From positions 2,592,001-2,656,000 of the forward strand of contig OZ245365.1 of assembly GCA_965226495.1 (NCBI GenBank): a stretch of DNA of 64,000 nt, in the 5' to 3' direction. Position 1 is the first letter of the stretch, and the number at the start of each line of letters is the position of its first letter. The notes below the pieces were generated by a model that did no database searches, had not been told where the DNA came from, and saw nothing but the letters and a program-made list of their open reading frames with translations. Below are positions 38,121 to 48,460 of the stretch, piece by piece. A program made the position numbers and the translations under genes. Origin of the DNA: Candidatus Marinacidobacterales bacterium (GTDB taxonomy: Bacteria > Acidobacteriota > Vicinamibacteria > Marinacidobacterales > DATDRI01).

Positions 38121-39358
38121 TGCGGCGGCTGAGCGTTCTTGTAGATACGTCCGCCCTTCATGACGAAGACGACGTCCTTGACGCTGGTGATGTCCTCGCT
38201 GGGGTTCCCCGCGGTAGCGATGATGTCGGCTTCCATCCCGGGTGCCAGGATACCGATTTGATTTTGTAGGCCGAGGGACTCCGCGGCACGTGAGGTGGCA
38301 CTGATGATCGCGTCCATCGGGTCCTGACCGCCATCCCGAACGCGATAGACGAACTCTTCGTGGTTCTTCCCGTGCAATCCACCCAGCGCGTCGGTCCCGA
38401 ACACGATTTTCACGTGCTTCGCGAGGGCTCGCCGAAAAGTGTCGAGCCCGATCGCCATGCCTTTGTCCATGAAATCAAAACCCTCTTTGGTGTAGTTATC
38501 GATGCCGACGAACTTCGGCTGGTTAGCCAAGTAGTAATCAAGAAGAAGAAACTGTGGATCGTAGAACGTGCCGTTCTCTACCATCAGATCGAGGACATCA
38601 TCCGTCAGAGCGTTTCCATGCTCGATCGTCGTGCAGCCGGCTAGCACCGCCGCCCGCGCACCATCGGCGCCTTGCGCATGAACGACCGAGCGTTTGCCTA
38701 GCGCCTTGGCCTCCTGGCAGGCGGCCTGGATCTGCTCGTCGGTCATCGTCTGCTTGCCGCCGTCACGGATGCTCGCTGTCGCGAAGAGTTTAACGACATC
38801 CGCACCCTCGGCGACCGAATTCCGCACGAACTCGCGGATCTCTTCGGGAGAACCCGTGCTCTTTCTTGCCATTCCGATCGTCAGGAGAAGCCGAGGTCCT
38901 GGATTCCCTTCCGCCAGCCAATCCCTGAGCTCGCGGTCGAGAAGCGCTCGATCAGGCAAGGCACCCAAACTCTGGACGGTCGTAAAACCGGCCATCAAAT
39001 GCGCATAGGCGTTCGTGGCTCCGTAAAGAACGTAGCGTGAGGGTGCTTCATCGATCTCCGATGTAAGGCCGTGAAATCGATCGTTCGGCTCCATGTGGGT
39101 GCCGATGTGAATGTGGGTATCGATCCATCCCGGCATGACCGTCAGCTCGCCGAGGTCGTAGGTGACACCCTCCGCGGGGCCCGAGCCGACGCTCACGATC
39201 TGGGAGCCTTCAACCACGATCGTGGCGTCATGCAAGGTACGACCCTTCCCATCCAAGAGCGTCCCAGCTTTGATGACGATACGTTGCGTCTGGACCGCGC
39301 GGGCTATGTGCGGCAACAGGAGCGCAGCCAAGAGCGGCAGAACGGATCGCCACATCAC
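38117..39358 (-). CDS. Secreted amidohydrolase (amidohydro_1)
   Basis: PGWIDTHIH, GADVVK, VHAQ, IEHG, FGTD, FVMKGG. Confidence 0.9.
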   Translation of the reverse strand: MMWRSVLPLLAALLLPHIARAVQTQRIVIKAGTLLDGKGRTLHDATIVVEGSQIVSVGSGPAEGVTYDLGELTVMPGWIDTHIHIGTHMEPNDRFHGLTSEIDEAPSRYVLYGATNAYAHLMAGFTTVQSLGALPDRALLDRELRDWLAEGNPGPRLLLTIGMARKSTGSPEEIREFVRNSVAEGADVVKLFATASIRDGGKQTMTDEQIQAACQEAKALGKRSVVHAQGADGARAAVLAGCTTIEHGNALTDDVLDLMVENGTFYDPQFLLLDYYLANQPKFVGIDNYTKEGFDFMDKGMAIGLDTFRRALAKHVKIVFGTDALGGLHGKNHEEFVYRVRDGGQDPMDAIISATSRAAESLGLQNQIGILAPGMEADIIATAGNPSEDITSVKDVVFVMKGGRIYKNAQPPQ

Positions 39359-40653
39359 GCTTTCACCTTCGGTTTCGTTAAGGACAGCAAATGAAAGCTC
39401 GCGACAAACACGACGAGCACGCAGACCGCCGAGACCAAGAACGTTTTGCTTTGTAAGGTCTCATATAAGATGCCGCCAAGGAGCAGCCCGACAATACTCG
39501 CGGCGCTTCCGACGCTACTCGCGAACCCCTGCACCGCCCCTTGGTGTTTGTCGCCGGCGACTCGAGAGAGGATAGCAAGAAACGACGGCCACATAAGGCC
39601 GTTTCCTAGCGAGAAGAGGCTAGCACCCACGAAGAGCCAAGGCCGGGCGAGCGCCGTCAAGCAAACGAAGGCGGAAGCTAGGATGATCGCGCCCACCAGC
39701 ATTAAGACAACGTCCGGTACCTTCTTACTGACGCGGCTCAGGAGTGGCCCCTGAACGAGCACTGTCGTCAGGCCGACAAACGAAAAGAAGAACCCGATTT
39801 CGGTGATCGACCAATTCAACCCACGAAGCGCATGGACCGGGAAGGCAGTGTAGAAGAGGTTGAAGGCGATGAAGAGCACAAAATAGAGGGCCAGCAGGAA
39901 CGCGACACCTTTGAGCTTCAAAACCGCTCTGAACGTGACGGCATCTTCAACGACGTAACAATCCACCTGCTCCTGTCCGAAGACCTTACGAATGTTTGTC
40001 CGCTCCGGGTTCTCCTCCAAAGCGCACGGGTTCGACTCCGGCAGGTGAACCGCGATGACATAAGACGCCGCGAGAGAGATGAGAAGAGCCGCCAACACGG
40101 GTATCACTTCTCCGTATGCAGTCGCCCCGAGCAACCCCGCGAGCGTCGGCCCCAGAATGAAGCCGAGATTTCCCGCGACCGCCATCTTGCCGAAGTTCAC
40201 GTTCCGCTCGTCCTCGTCGGTGACATCGGCAAGGTAGGCATTTGCGACGGAGACGTTGCCGCCCGTGAGACCGTCCAAGGCCCTGGCCAGAAACAGGACG
40301 GCGAGCGGGAGGGTGAGCACAAAGCTCCCGACTAGCGGGGAGTCGACTTCAAGAAGCGAGGTCGCCGGCAGGAACAGCGCCCCGAGAAAGACGAACCACG
40401 AGGCGAGCGTTCCGATCTGGCTGACGAGCAGGATCTTGCGACGGCCCCGGACGTCGGACCAGCGGCCGAGGATAGGCGCACCGACCAACTGAAATGCGGA
40501 GTAAGTGGCGCCCATGGCGCCGTAGACGAGCGCATTGCCACCGAACGCGGTAACCAACGTCACCAGGAACGGAAGGACGATGCTAAAGCCCAGCGTGCCG
40601 ATGAAGTTTACGAGCAGTATCGGGAAGAGTGAGACACGCTTCGCGCTGGCCAT
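39355..40653 (-). CDS. MFS transporter (TetA/DHA1-like)
   Basis: GRWSDVRGRRKIL motif A, GLTGGNVSVANAYLAD. Start MASAKR at 40653 follows AAAGGAG. Confidence 0.9.
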   Translation of the reverse strand: MASAKRVSLFPILLVNFIGTLGFSIVLPFLVTLVTAFGGNALVYGAMGATYSAFQLVGAPILGRWSDVRGRRKILLVSQIGTLASWFVFLGALFLPATSLLEVDSPLVGSFVLTLPLAVLFLARALDGLTGGNVSVANAYLADVTDEDERNVNFGKMAVAGNLGFILGPTLAGLLGATAYGEVIPVLAALLISLAASYVIAVHLPESNPCALEENPERTNIRKVFGQEQVDCYVVEDAVTFRAVLKLKGVAFLLALYFVLFIAFNLFYTAFPVHALRGLNWSITEIGFFFSFVGLTTVLVQGPLLSRVSKKVPDVVLMLVGAIILASAFVCLTALARPWLFVGASLFSLGNGLMWPSFLAILSRVAGDKHQGAVQGFASSVGSAASIVGLLLGGILYETLQSKTFLVSAVCVLVVFVASFHLLSLTKPKVKA

Positions 40654-40714
40654 GAGCTCCTTTCGAGAGGAGCCAATTATAACGTCTGGACGCCGATTCC
40701 AGGCTTGTGCACAC

Positions 40715-40756
40715 TTTTGGATCAGACCCCGGCGACATTTTGGGGTCAGACCCCGG
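40715..40756. repeat. Short REP-like GGGGTCAGACCCC doublet
   Basis: TTTTGGATCAGACCCCGG and TTTTGGGGTCAGACCCCGG. Confidence 0.45.
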
Positions 40757-41705
40757 TTACTTCTGTTACTTTTCGAAACTCGGTGCGCCAGGTCGGAAAC
40801 GCGGGCGACCACGCCAATTCCTTCTTGGCTTTCGCGTTTACGGCACCGCGCTGCTGGGTCATGTAAAACACACCGTAACGGCCGACGGCGAGCCTCGCCA
40901 GGAACGTAGGTATTTTTCTGGGAGCGGGAGCATTGAGCACCGTCGCGTAGACCGGGAGCCATTCTCGAAGGAGTGTCGGTTCATCGTCTACGACGTTATA
41001 GATCCCGGGCTGACCGTGATCGAGAGCCATTACGGTCGCTGAAACCGCGTCGTCCACGTGAATGAATGAGAACACTCCCGAGCCGCGCCCGGCGATCGGG
41101 AGTTGACGCGCGCGAACCAGGTCCGCGACGGAACCGTCTTCGGCATAGGCGGTACCGGGCCCATAGAAGTACCCGTACCGAAGAACGACACCTTCCACTC
41201 CCTCGAGCGAGAGTACCTGTCGCTCCAATTCGGCGACGGCCTCCACGGAACGCCGCCACGGCCATGGCGCGTCCAGCCAGAGCGGGGCGTCCTCGTCCTT
41301 CACCGGTCCACCTTCAGGGGTGTAAACGAACGAAATGCTCTGGGCAACGATCCGACGCGCTCCGGCCAAGGCCGCGGCCTTTACTAGATTTCGGGTGCCC
41401 TCGGTGCGGATCCGGTCGTTCGGAGCGAGCTCCACCTCCATCTTCCGCGGGTCGATGGCCTTGGGTAGCGCGGTGAGCTGATGGATCACGACTTCCGGAT
41501 TGGCTTTCAGCAGCACCTCCTGGAGTCCCTTGACGTCATAGACGTCGCACTCGACATAGTCGGCGCCCGGGACGGCGAGCCCCCTAGCCCGGTCCAGGTT
41601 GCGGGTCATGGCGGTCACGGTGTGACCCGCTTCGATGAGACGCGGAACGAGCCGCCGCCCGACGACTCCGGTGGCGCCTGCCACGAATACTCTCATTTTT
41701 CCCAT
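40746..41705 (-). CDS. NAD-dependent epimerase/dehydratase
   Basis: VFVAGATGVVG, VIHQLTAL, LRYGYFYGPG, FIHVDDA, YNVVDDEP. Confidence 0.92.
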   Translation of the reverse strand: MGKMRVFVAGATGVVGRRLVPRLIEAGHTVTAMTRNLDRARGLAVPGADYVECDVYDVKGLQEVLLKANPEVVIHQLTALPKAIDPRKMEVELAPNDRIRTEGTRNLVKAAALAGARRIVAQSISFVYTPEGGPVKDEDAPLWLDAPWPWRRSVEAVAELERQVLSLEGVEGVVLRYGYFYGPGTAYAEDGSVADLVRARQLPIAGRGSGVFSFIHVDDAVSATVMALDHGQPGIYNVVDDEPTLLREWLPVYATVLNAPAPRKIPTFLARLAVGRYGVFYMTQQRGAVNAKAKKELAWSPAFPTWRTEFRKVTEVTGV

Positions 41706-41779
41706 CCTACTATCTCCGTCCCCATCTTACCCATTCAATCGGGTATCTTGTCTCCTACCATTGGGATCGGAGGGATGTC

Positions 41780-42541
41780 GTGACTAGCTTGAAGAAAAGA
41801 CTCGAGGCCAAGCAGTCTGTCATGGGGGCGCTACTCGGCCTGAGATCCCCGGACGCCGCGGAGCTAATGTCAGAGGCTGGGTTCGACTTTCTCTTGGTCG
41901 ATGCCGAGCACTCGAGCATCGGTCCGGATGGCATTTTGGAAATGATCCGGGCCATTGAACGGGGGGGCGCAACTCCTTTGGTGCGAGTGGGAGAAACTAC
42001 CGCCGCCAACGTGCAATGGGCCCTGGACGGCGGAGCAAGGGGAATTCTCTTCCCGCGTGTGCGCTCCGTCGAGGACGTCCAAGAGGCGGTGTCTTTTTGC
42101 CGGTATCCCCCGGACGGTATTCGCGGGCTGGGACCGGGCCGCGCGAGCGGTTATGGAGCGAAGCTCCTAGAATACGCAGCCAATGCGAATGAAGAGATCT
42201 TGGTCATGATTCAGGTGGAAACCCTGGAAGCGGTCGAAAGCATCGAGGACATCGCGGCGGTTCCTGGAGTGGATCTGCTCTTCATCGGTCCGGGAGACCT
42301 CTCACAAGTTCTCGGCATCCCCGGGGAGCTACACCACCCCAAGATCCGGCAGATCGGGAGTCGGGTTCTATCGGCATGCGCGATGGAAAAAATTCCGGCT
42401 GGAATCCTGGCGTTGGACGAGAAAACAATCGCTTACTGGAAGGAACAGGGCGTGCAATTCTTCGCCACCGGCTCCGATGCTCTCCTCCTCGCGATGTCCT
42501 GCCGCGACTCGGTGGACTTGTGGAATAAGCTGAGCAAATAA
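41780..42541 (+). CDS. HpcH/HpaI aldolase family
   Basis: GFDFLLVDAEHS, RYPPDGIRG, QVET, LFIGPGDLS. Confidence 0.92.
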   Translation: MTSLKKRLEAKQSVMGALLGLRSPDAAELMSEAGFDFLLVDAEHSSIGPDGILEMIRAIERGGATPLVRVGETTAANVQWALDGGARGILFPRVRSVEDVQEAVSFCRYPPDGIRGLGPGRASGYGAKLLEYAANANEEILVMIQVETLEAVESIEDIAAVPGVDLLFIGPGDLSQVLGIPGELHHPKIRQIGSRVLSACAMEKIPAGILALDEKTIAYWKEQGVQFFATGSDALLLAMSCRDSVDLWNKLSK

Positions 42542-42542
42542 C

Positions 42543-43490
42543 ATGCAGGCAGTTATCACCGACGGCTTTCGAGAAACATCCATCGAAGAGCAGGTCCTCG
42601 CTCCGGCGGGTATCCGCGTGGTTACGACAGAAGGAAGGCCGGAGGACGAAGCCCTCGAGCTGATCCGAGAAGCCGACGCTCTTTTGACCCTGGCCCGCCC
42701 GCTCTCGAGGGAGCTCATCTCCCAACTCACCCGCTGTCGAGTCATCGTTCGTTACGGTTCGGGGATGGACTCAGTCGACGTGAAAGAAGCGAAGGCGCGT
42801 GGAATCGTCGTGGCCAAGGTCCCGGATGCGTCGGTACAGGAGGTCGCAGCCCACTCGCTGGCCCTGCTGATGCTGTGCGCTCGCAAGCTTTGGGCCTTTC
42901 GACAGCTTCGGGACTTGCCCGTCGGCGATCCCGCCCCGGTAAACCCTCTGCGGCGCATGAACGAAACCGCTCTTGGCCTCGTCGGATTCGGAAGGATCGC
43001 GCAAACCCTAGCTGGCATGTCGGCTGGAATCTTCGGCAGCATCCGCGCCTACGATCCGCTCGTCGACACGTGGGATCCAAAATTGGATGTAGAACGTGCA
43101 GACTCGCTAGAAAACCTTCTCGAAAGTGCGGACTTCGTCTCGCTACACGTACCCCTCGACGAGAAAACCCGGCACTTACTCGGCCGCGCACAGTTGGCTC
43201 GAATGAAGCCCGGTGCGTCTTTGGTCAACACGGCTCGAGGCGGTCTGCTCGATGAGGTGGCGCTCGCGGAAGCCCTGGAGTCGGGGCACCTGGCGGGCGC
43301 CGGGCTCGACGTTTTGGAGGAGGAACCTCCGCCCTCGGACCATCCGTTGCTGGCCCTTCCCCAGGTCTACTACACCCCTCATCTGGCCTGGTACTCCGAA
43401 ACGTCTCGCGTCGAGCTGAGACGTCGGGTCGCCGACGAAGCGCTTAGGGTACTAACTGGTAAGCCGGCCTTGAATCCCGTCGTCGCCTGA
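42543..43490 (+). CDS. D-isomer-specific 2-hydroxyacid dehydrogenase (CtBP-like)
   Basis: GLVGFGRIA, SLHVPL, VNTARGGL, GAGLDV, TPHLAWYS. Confidence 0.92.
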   Translation: MQAVITDGFRETSIEEQVLAPAGIRVVTTEGRPEDEALELIREADALLTLARPLSRELISQLTRCRVIVRYGSGMDSVDVKEAKARGIVVAKVPDASVQEVAAHSLALLMLCARKLWAFRQLRDLPVGDPAPVNPLRRMNETALGLVGFGRIAQTLAGMSAGIFGSIRAYDPLVDTWDPKLDVERADSLENLLESADFVSLHVPLDEKTRHLLGRAQLARMKPGASLVNTARGGLLDEVALAEALESGHLAGAGLDVLEEEPPPSDHPLLALPQVYYTPHLAWYSETSRVELRRRVADEALRVLTGKPALNPVVA

Positions 43491-43501
43491 GCGGTCGCGA
43501 C

Positions 43502-44662
43502 CTAACCACCCCAGATATTCTCGTAAACGCGAAGCCAGTTTCCTCCGAGGACCTTGTGAATTTCCTCCGTCGACCAGCCTCGTCCGATAAGACCCCGAGT
43601 CACGTTGGGAAGCTCGGTGATGTCCTCGAAACCCTTCACGAATAGCCAAGGGGGCTCTCCCACCATGGTTTTCGGAATGGTGAAGCGATCGATCTCGGCT
43701 TCTACCGTTGGCTCCACTCGCCCGACGACGAAATCCGGACCCAGGCCGACGTGGTCCACGCCCACCAGCTTGCGTACATAGTCGAATTGGTCGAGATGCT
43801 GCTCCAACGTGGCGTGCGGGCTTCGCGGAATGTGAGCATCCTTTCGGTCACGCACGTGATAGTCGCTAATGGCAGATATCCCTATGACGCCTCCGGTTTT
43901 CGCGATGGCCTCCATGAGCCCGTCGTTAATACAGCGAATGTTATTCACGATGGCCGCGACATTGGTGTGGCTCGAGATGACCGGAACCCCCGGTGCCATT
44001 TCTATGGCATCAAAGCTCGTCTTCTCGCTGGCGTGCCCGCCAATGTCCAGGACCAGGCCCAACTTGTGGATCTCTTCCACGAGCCGCCGACCGGCCTGGG
44101 TCAGACCAATTTCCGGATCGAGGACGCCTCCCCCAAAAATGTTGGAAACTTGGTAAGAGATGCCAATGATGCGAATGCCCAGCTGATAGAAGGCTCGAAG
44201 GGCGGTTGGAGGGGGCTCGCCCCTCGCCTCCGCCAACTCATTGGCCGACTGCCAGGCGAAGACCAAAGCGATCTTGTCCTGCCGATCGGCCTGACGTACT
44301 TCGGCTATTTTCGTAACGGGAACCATCTTGTCCGAGTGCGCGTCCAGAAAATTGTAGAGATCGGCGAATAGTTGAACGTCACCCAGACCGCCGGCGCCTA
44401 CGCTCTTGGCCTGACAATTCACCCCTCCCGCCTTCAGCATCTCCAAATATTCCACGCTGAGCTCGGAAGGGTCGCATCCGTTGACCACCACCGTCGAGCG
44501 CTGAACTTCCCACGGATCCCGATCTAGACTCCGGTCTGCCAGGTCCTCCTGGGAAAGTCCTTGCCCTTCTCGCTCGAATGCCGTGGCCCTCCGCGTTGCG
44601 CCCGCCGCCATTGCGGTACCCACCGCCGCGGCCGCACTAAGGAACTCTCTGCGTTTCATCAT
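43502..44662 (-). CDS. Membrane dipeptidase (peptidase M19), Tat signal
   Basis: KRREFL, SHTN, IAKTGGVIG, GVDHVGLGPDF, KVLGGNWLRV. Confidence 0.9.
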   Translation of the reverse strand: MMKRREFLSAAAAVGTAMAAGATRRATAFEREGQGLSQEDLADRSLDRDPWEVQRSTVVVNGCDPSELSVEYLEMLKAGGVNCQAKSVGAGGLGDVQLFADLYNFLDAHSDKMVPVTKIAEVRQADRQDKIALVFAWQSANELAEARGEPPPTALRAFYQLGIRIIGISYQVSNIFGGGVLDPEIGLTQAGRRLVEEIHKLGLVLDIGGHASEKTSFDAIEMAPGVPVISSHTNVAAIVNNIRCINDGLMEAIAKTGGVIGISAISDYHVRDRKDAHIPRSPHATLEQHLDQFDYVRKLVGVDHVGLGPDFVVGRVEPTVEAEIDRFTIPKTMVGEPPWLFVKGFEDITELPNVTRGLIGRGWSTEEIHKVLGGNWLRVYENIWGG

Positions 44663-44671
44663 CCCTCCCCC

Positions 44672-45583
44672 TCATTCCATTCCGGCCATGTTCACACTGT
44701 AGTATACACTGCGCACGAAGCGTTCGATATTCCCTTCCCACGGACCATCGAAGGAGGACGTTGGCTTCGAAGCCACGACTTCATCGACACTCTTTCCGTC
44801 GTTGATCATCGTCTGCACCCTGTCTCGGACCGCGATGAGCATATCCCGGAAGGCCCGTAAATCATCTGGAGTGGCGAGGTCCCCGTGTCCCGGGATGATT
44901 TTGGTTTCGGAGCTCGAGAGCTCGAGCACCCGCTCCGCGGCGTGAATCATGCCGTTCACATTGCCACCGAAGTCGACGTCAATGAACGGATACATACCGT
45001 TGAAGAAATTATCTCCCATATGGAAGACCCCGGCCTTGGCGAAGTAGATGATGGAGTCGCCATCGGTGTGGGCGTGGTGGATGTGAAAGATGCGGATATC
45101 ATCACCGTTCCAATGAAACGTCACCGCGTCGGTAAAAGTGATTCGGGGTAAGGCGTCTGGCGGAGAAGCTGGCGTCTCATCCTGTCGGAGGATTTCGCGA
45201 AACTGGTCCACGCTCATCCGTTGCCGAACGTTCTCGTGGGCGACGATCATGGTCCCGCTCTTTCCAAAGTTCTCGTTTCCACCCGTGTGATCGCCGTGGA
45301 AATGGGTATTTACTAAGAAGCGCACGCCGTCTTCGGTGACGGTGCGGATTGCCGCCTCGATCCGTTCAGTGAGGGGCGCGAATTGATCGTCCACCAGGAA
45401 CGTGCCGTCCGAACCAGTGGAGAGACCGATGTTGCCGCCTCGCCCGGCCAACATGTAGAGACCATCCTTGATGGGGACGACTTCGATCTTGACGTCCGCC
45501 CACTCGTCTTGCGCACGGGAATCGGCGGGAACCGCGAGACTACCTAGAGCCAAAGCAACCAAAATCCATCGCACACCTGTCAT
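44672..45583 (-). CDS. Secreted MBL-fold metallo-hydrolase (cyclase-like)
   Basis: VDDQFAP, NTHFHGDHTGGN, AHTDGD, HMGD, IPGHG. Confidence 0.9.
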   Translation of the reverse strand: MTGVRWILVALALGSLAVPADSRAQDEWADVKIEVVPIKDGLYMLAGRGGNIGLSTGSDGTFLVDDQFAPLTERIEAAIRTVTEDGVRFLVNTHFHGDHTGGNENFGKSGTMIVAHENVRQRMSVDQFREILRQDETPASPPDALPRITFTDAVTFHWNGDDIRIFHIHHAHTDGDSIIYFAKAGVFHMGDNFFNGMYPFIDVDFGGNVNGMIHAAERVLELSSSETKIIPGHGDLATPDDLRAFRDMLIAVRDRVQTMINDGKSVDEVVASKPTSSFDGPWEGNIERFVRSVYYSVNMAGME

Positions 45584-45673
45584 TCGAAGCCCTCCATCGC
45601 CAAGACCTTCGGCCGGCTAACCATACCGCGTTGCCCCACTCTTGGCCAACCGCTTTGCGTTAGACTGTCGCCG

Positions 45674-46642
45674 ATGACTCCGCTGCGGCCGGTAGCGCTC
45701 GAAGAAGCCCGGGCGGCCGCCGAACGGCTGAAAACGATCGCCCTGCGCACACCTCTGATTCGTTTGAACGTCCAAGACGCTCCGGCCGAGATCTACCTCA
45801 AGATGGAGAACCTTCAGCCCATCGGGTCCTTCAAGATTCGACCGGCGGGAAACGCGATCTTCAGCCTTTCCCCGTCGCGGCGTGGCGACGGCGTTTACAC
45901 CGCAAGCTCGGGCAATATGGCACAGGGCGTCGCTTATGCGGCCCGAGAGCTCGGCATTCCCGCAACCGTATATCTTCCGCAGGACGCCGCCTCCAACAAA
46001 GTCGAGGCGCTGAAGAGACTCGGCGCTCGCATTCGCTCCTTGCCGAACGACGAATGGTGGCCGATCATCGACAATCACGGTCATCCCGATGAGAAAGGCG
46101 TCTTCGTGCATCCCGTCGCCCAGCAAGATGTGATCGCCGGGGATAGCACGGTAGGCCTAGAGATCGTCGAAGATCTACCGGACGTCGACACGGTGTTGGT
46201 GCCTTTTGGCGGAGGTGGCCTGGCGTCCGGAGTTGCGTCGGTCTTGCGAGAATTGAAGCCTAACGTCCGTGTGCTGGGAGCAGAATCCGATCACAGCACT
46301 CCGTTGTCGGCCTCGCTCGAGACCGGCCGGCCCGTCGAGCAACCTGTCGAGAAGAGCTTCGTTTCGGGAATAGGGATCGGCAGAGTGCTGGAGGAGATGT
46401 GGCCCTTGGTGACCGAGCTGATTCAAGATGCCGTCATTGCGAGTGCGCGGGAAATCGTGGACGCAGTAGCCCTCATGTCCGAACGTCACCGCATCGTCGT
46501 CGAAGGGGCCGGTGCGGCTCCTGTGGCCGCCGCGCTAGCCGGCCGAGCCGGAAGTGGAAAAATCGTCTGCGTTCTGTCCGGCGGCAATCTCGACACGAAG
46601 TATTTGGTCGATATCCTCGAAGGCCGGATTCCCCAACCCTAA
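45674..46642 (+). CDS. PLP-dependent threonine/serine dehydratase family
   Basis: LKMENLQPIGSFKIR, ASSGN, PFGGGGL, VEGAGAAPVAA, LSGGN. Confidence 0.92.
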   Translation: MTPLRPVALEEARAAAERLKTIALRTPLIRLNVQDAPAEIYLKMENLQPIGSFKIRPAGNAIFSLSPSRRGDGVYTASSGNMAQGVAYAARELGIPATVYLPQDAASNKVEALKRLGARIRSLPNDEWWPIIDNHGHPDEKGVFVHPVAQQDVIAGDSTVGLEIVEDLPDVDTVLVPFGGGGLASGVASVLRELKPNVRVLGAESDHSTPLSASLETGRPVEQPVEKSFVSGIGIGRVLEEMWPLVTELIQDAVIASAREIVDAVALMSERHRIVVEGAGAAPVAAALAGRAGSGKIVCVLSGGNLDTKYLVDILEGRIPQP

Positions 46643-46745
46643 CGTCAGTACCGGGCTTACTGCGTGGGAACTCGAGGCCGGAGTCCCCCCGGTTGCCCTG
46701 CCGAGGGGACCCATACCGTTTTCGCGTGCCGAATTCGGCGTTCCC

Positions 46746-47204
46746 TTAGGAAGTGGACTCTTCTGCGTGGACCTTAAGCGGAGCTGAGACACGGCCGCGA
46801 AGCAGGGCGTAGCTCGCACCTAAGATGGCACCATAAATGAGGTGGCCGATAAAACTGGGAAGCATCTGCGCTGCCGCGGCGGCATTCCAGTTGACACCTA
46901 GGCCCATTCCCATGAAAAGAGGCATGAAGGTTAATGGCCCCAGCAGCCACCAGGCTCCTCCATAGGCGAGACCACGGCTGAGCCCGCCTGCGACGTTTCG
47001 GATAGATCCATCGAAAAGCACACCAAAGACAGCGCCGATAAAGGCACTGATACCCATGTGCACGATGAACCCAAATCCTGCAGACGGGTGCCCAGCCATC
47101 TTGCCAATCATGGGCAACATTCCCATCAGCCCCATCATGGCTCCGAAGACGGCGCCGCCCGCCAGTCCACCGTAAATTCCTAACTTCATTCCGTTCGTGT
47201 TCAT
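46746..47204 (-). CDS. Met/Gly-rich 4-TM membrane protein with two intramembrane His
   Basis: GAMMGLMGMLPM, VHMGIS, GPLTFMPL, GHLIYG. GGAGG RBS. Confidence 0.8.
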   Translation of the reverse strand: MNTNGMKLGIYGGLAGGAVFGAMMGLMGMLPMIGKMAGHPSAGFGFIVHMGISAFIGAVFGVLFDGSIRNVAGGLSRGLAYGGAWWLLGPLTFMPLFMGMGLGVNWNAAAAAQMLPSFIGHLIYGAILGASYALLRGRVSAPLKVHAEESTS

Positions 47205-47442
47205 CTGAAAACCTCCTTGGCGATTCAGATCCGGTTTAAGGCAGGTTTACCTCCCGGTTTTTGAGATGCGCTCGGCTTTCTTGCTGTAACCTGCTGTCTG
47301 ATTGACCTTCACTTGCGAGTCGCCCAAGCCCGACCTAGGATTGGACTATCACCAGCGATTGACGCGGCATCTCCCTGCCCGTCTATTGAGTGCAGCGAAC
47401 CTTCGATTTCTTACACCCTGGATCGATGAGAGTCGAGTTGTG

Positions 47443-48057
47443 ATGACGACGAAGAACTCCGAGACCAAGGCGTCCCCGACGGATGATGTCGAGTTCGCGG
47501 CGCGAATTCGAAGCCGAGATCGCGAAGCCATCGAGGAAGTGGTACATAGCTACATGGGGCAGATCCTTCGTGCTGCACGGGCATCAGGCCTGAGCCCTCA
47601 GGCTGCCGAGGACGTGACCCAGGCCACGTTCGTGACGTTCATTGAGGTAGCCCCACGCTTTGAGGGAAGGTCCCACGTACGTACCTTTTTGTTCGGCATC
47701 CTATACAAGAAGATCGCTGAGGCTCGTCGCAAAGCGAAACGCGAACAGCAAACAGATCCCATCGAGGACGTCATGGAAAGTCGATTCAAGGCCGATGGAA
47801 GTTGGCAACGTGCCCCGAGAGTTGCCGACCTCCAGCTCCACGACGCAGAAATCCGACAGGCTATCGACGGCTGCCTCGAACGCGCGTCCACTCAGCAGAG
47901 GTTGGCCTTTGCGCTTCGTGAAGTCCTAGGGTTCACAACGGAAGAAATCTGTAACATTCTCGACGTTTCACGCACTAACTTGGGAGTTCTTTTGTACCGT
48001 GCTCGCAACCGCCTTCGGGAGTGTCTGGAGGCGAAGAGCGTGAGGAGGCAGGCATGA
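47443..48057 (+). CDS. ECF RNA polymerase sigma factor
   Basis: AEDVTQATF, FEGRSHVRTFLFGIL, EICNILDVS.TNLGVLLYRARNRLRECLE. Confidence 0.92.
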   Translation: MTTKNSETKASPTDDVEFAARIRSRDREAIEEVVHSYMGQILRAARASGLSPQAAEDVTQATFVTFIEVAPRFEGRSHVRTFLFGILYKKIAEARRKAKREQQTDPIEDVMESRFKADGSWQRAPRVADLQLHDAEIRQAIDGCLERASTQQRLAFALREVLGFTTEEICNILDVSRTNLGVLLYRARNRLRECLEAKSVRRQA

Positions 48058-48323
48058 TGCTAAATTGCCGTGAGCTGGCACGCATCGTCGCCAGCGACGA
48101 GATCGTCGAGGCCGCGTGGCCCCGAAAGTTGGGGGCACGGGTTCATTTGCTGATGTGTCGGCACTGCCGCCGCTACGCCGCGGAACTTCGCGCCATTGGC
48201 GCGGGGGCCCGGCGGTCGTGGGGCGCGGAAGCCCGAGACCCAGGAAGGCTCGAGCAGCTGGAGAGGAAGATCCTGGGGCGCTTCCCGAAGGGGTCGGCGG
48301 ACTCCAGTGCGTCGGACAATTAA
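48054..48323 (+). CDS. Zinc-finger (zf-HC2) anti-sigma factor
   Basis: MLNCRE..HLLMCRHCRRY; ATGA overlap with the sigma stop codon. Confidence 0.88.
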   Translation: MMLNCRELARIVASDEIVEAAWPRKLGARVHLLMCRHCRRYAAELRAIGAGARRSWGAEARDPGRLEQLERKILGRFPKGSADSSASDN

Positions 48324-48460
48324 AGGGCGGGGAATATCCCAACCCTACGATAGTCAACAAGGAGTGCCCCTCCGCGGCGGAACGGCTTCCTGAACTCAGA
48401 ACGAGGAACGAGAGCTGTCGGGGGCGCCAGCTCCGTTCCCCTGCCAGGATGCCCTAAAGC

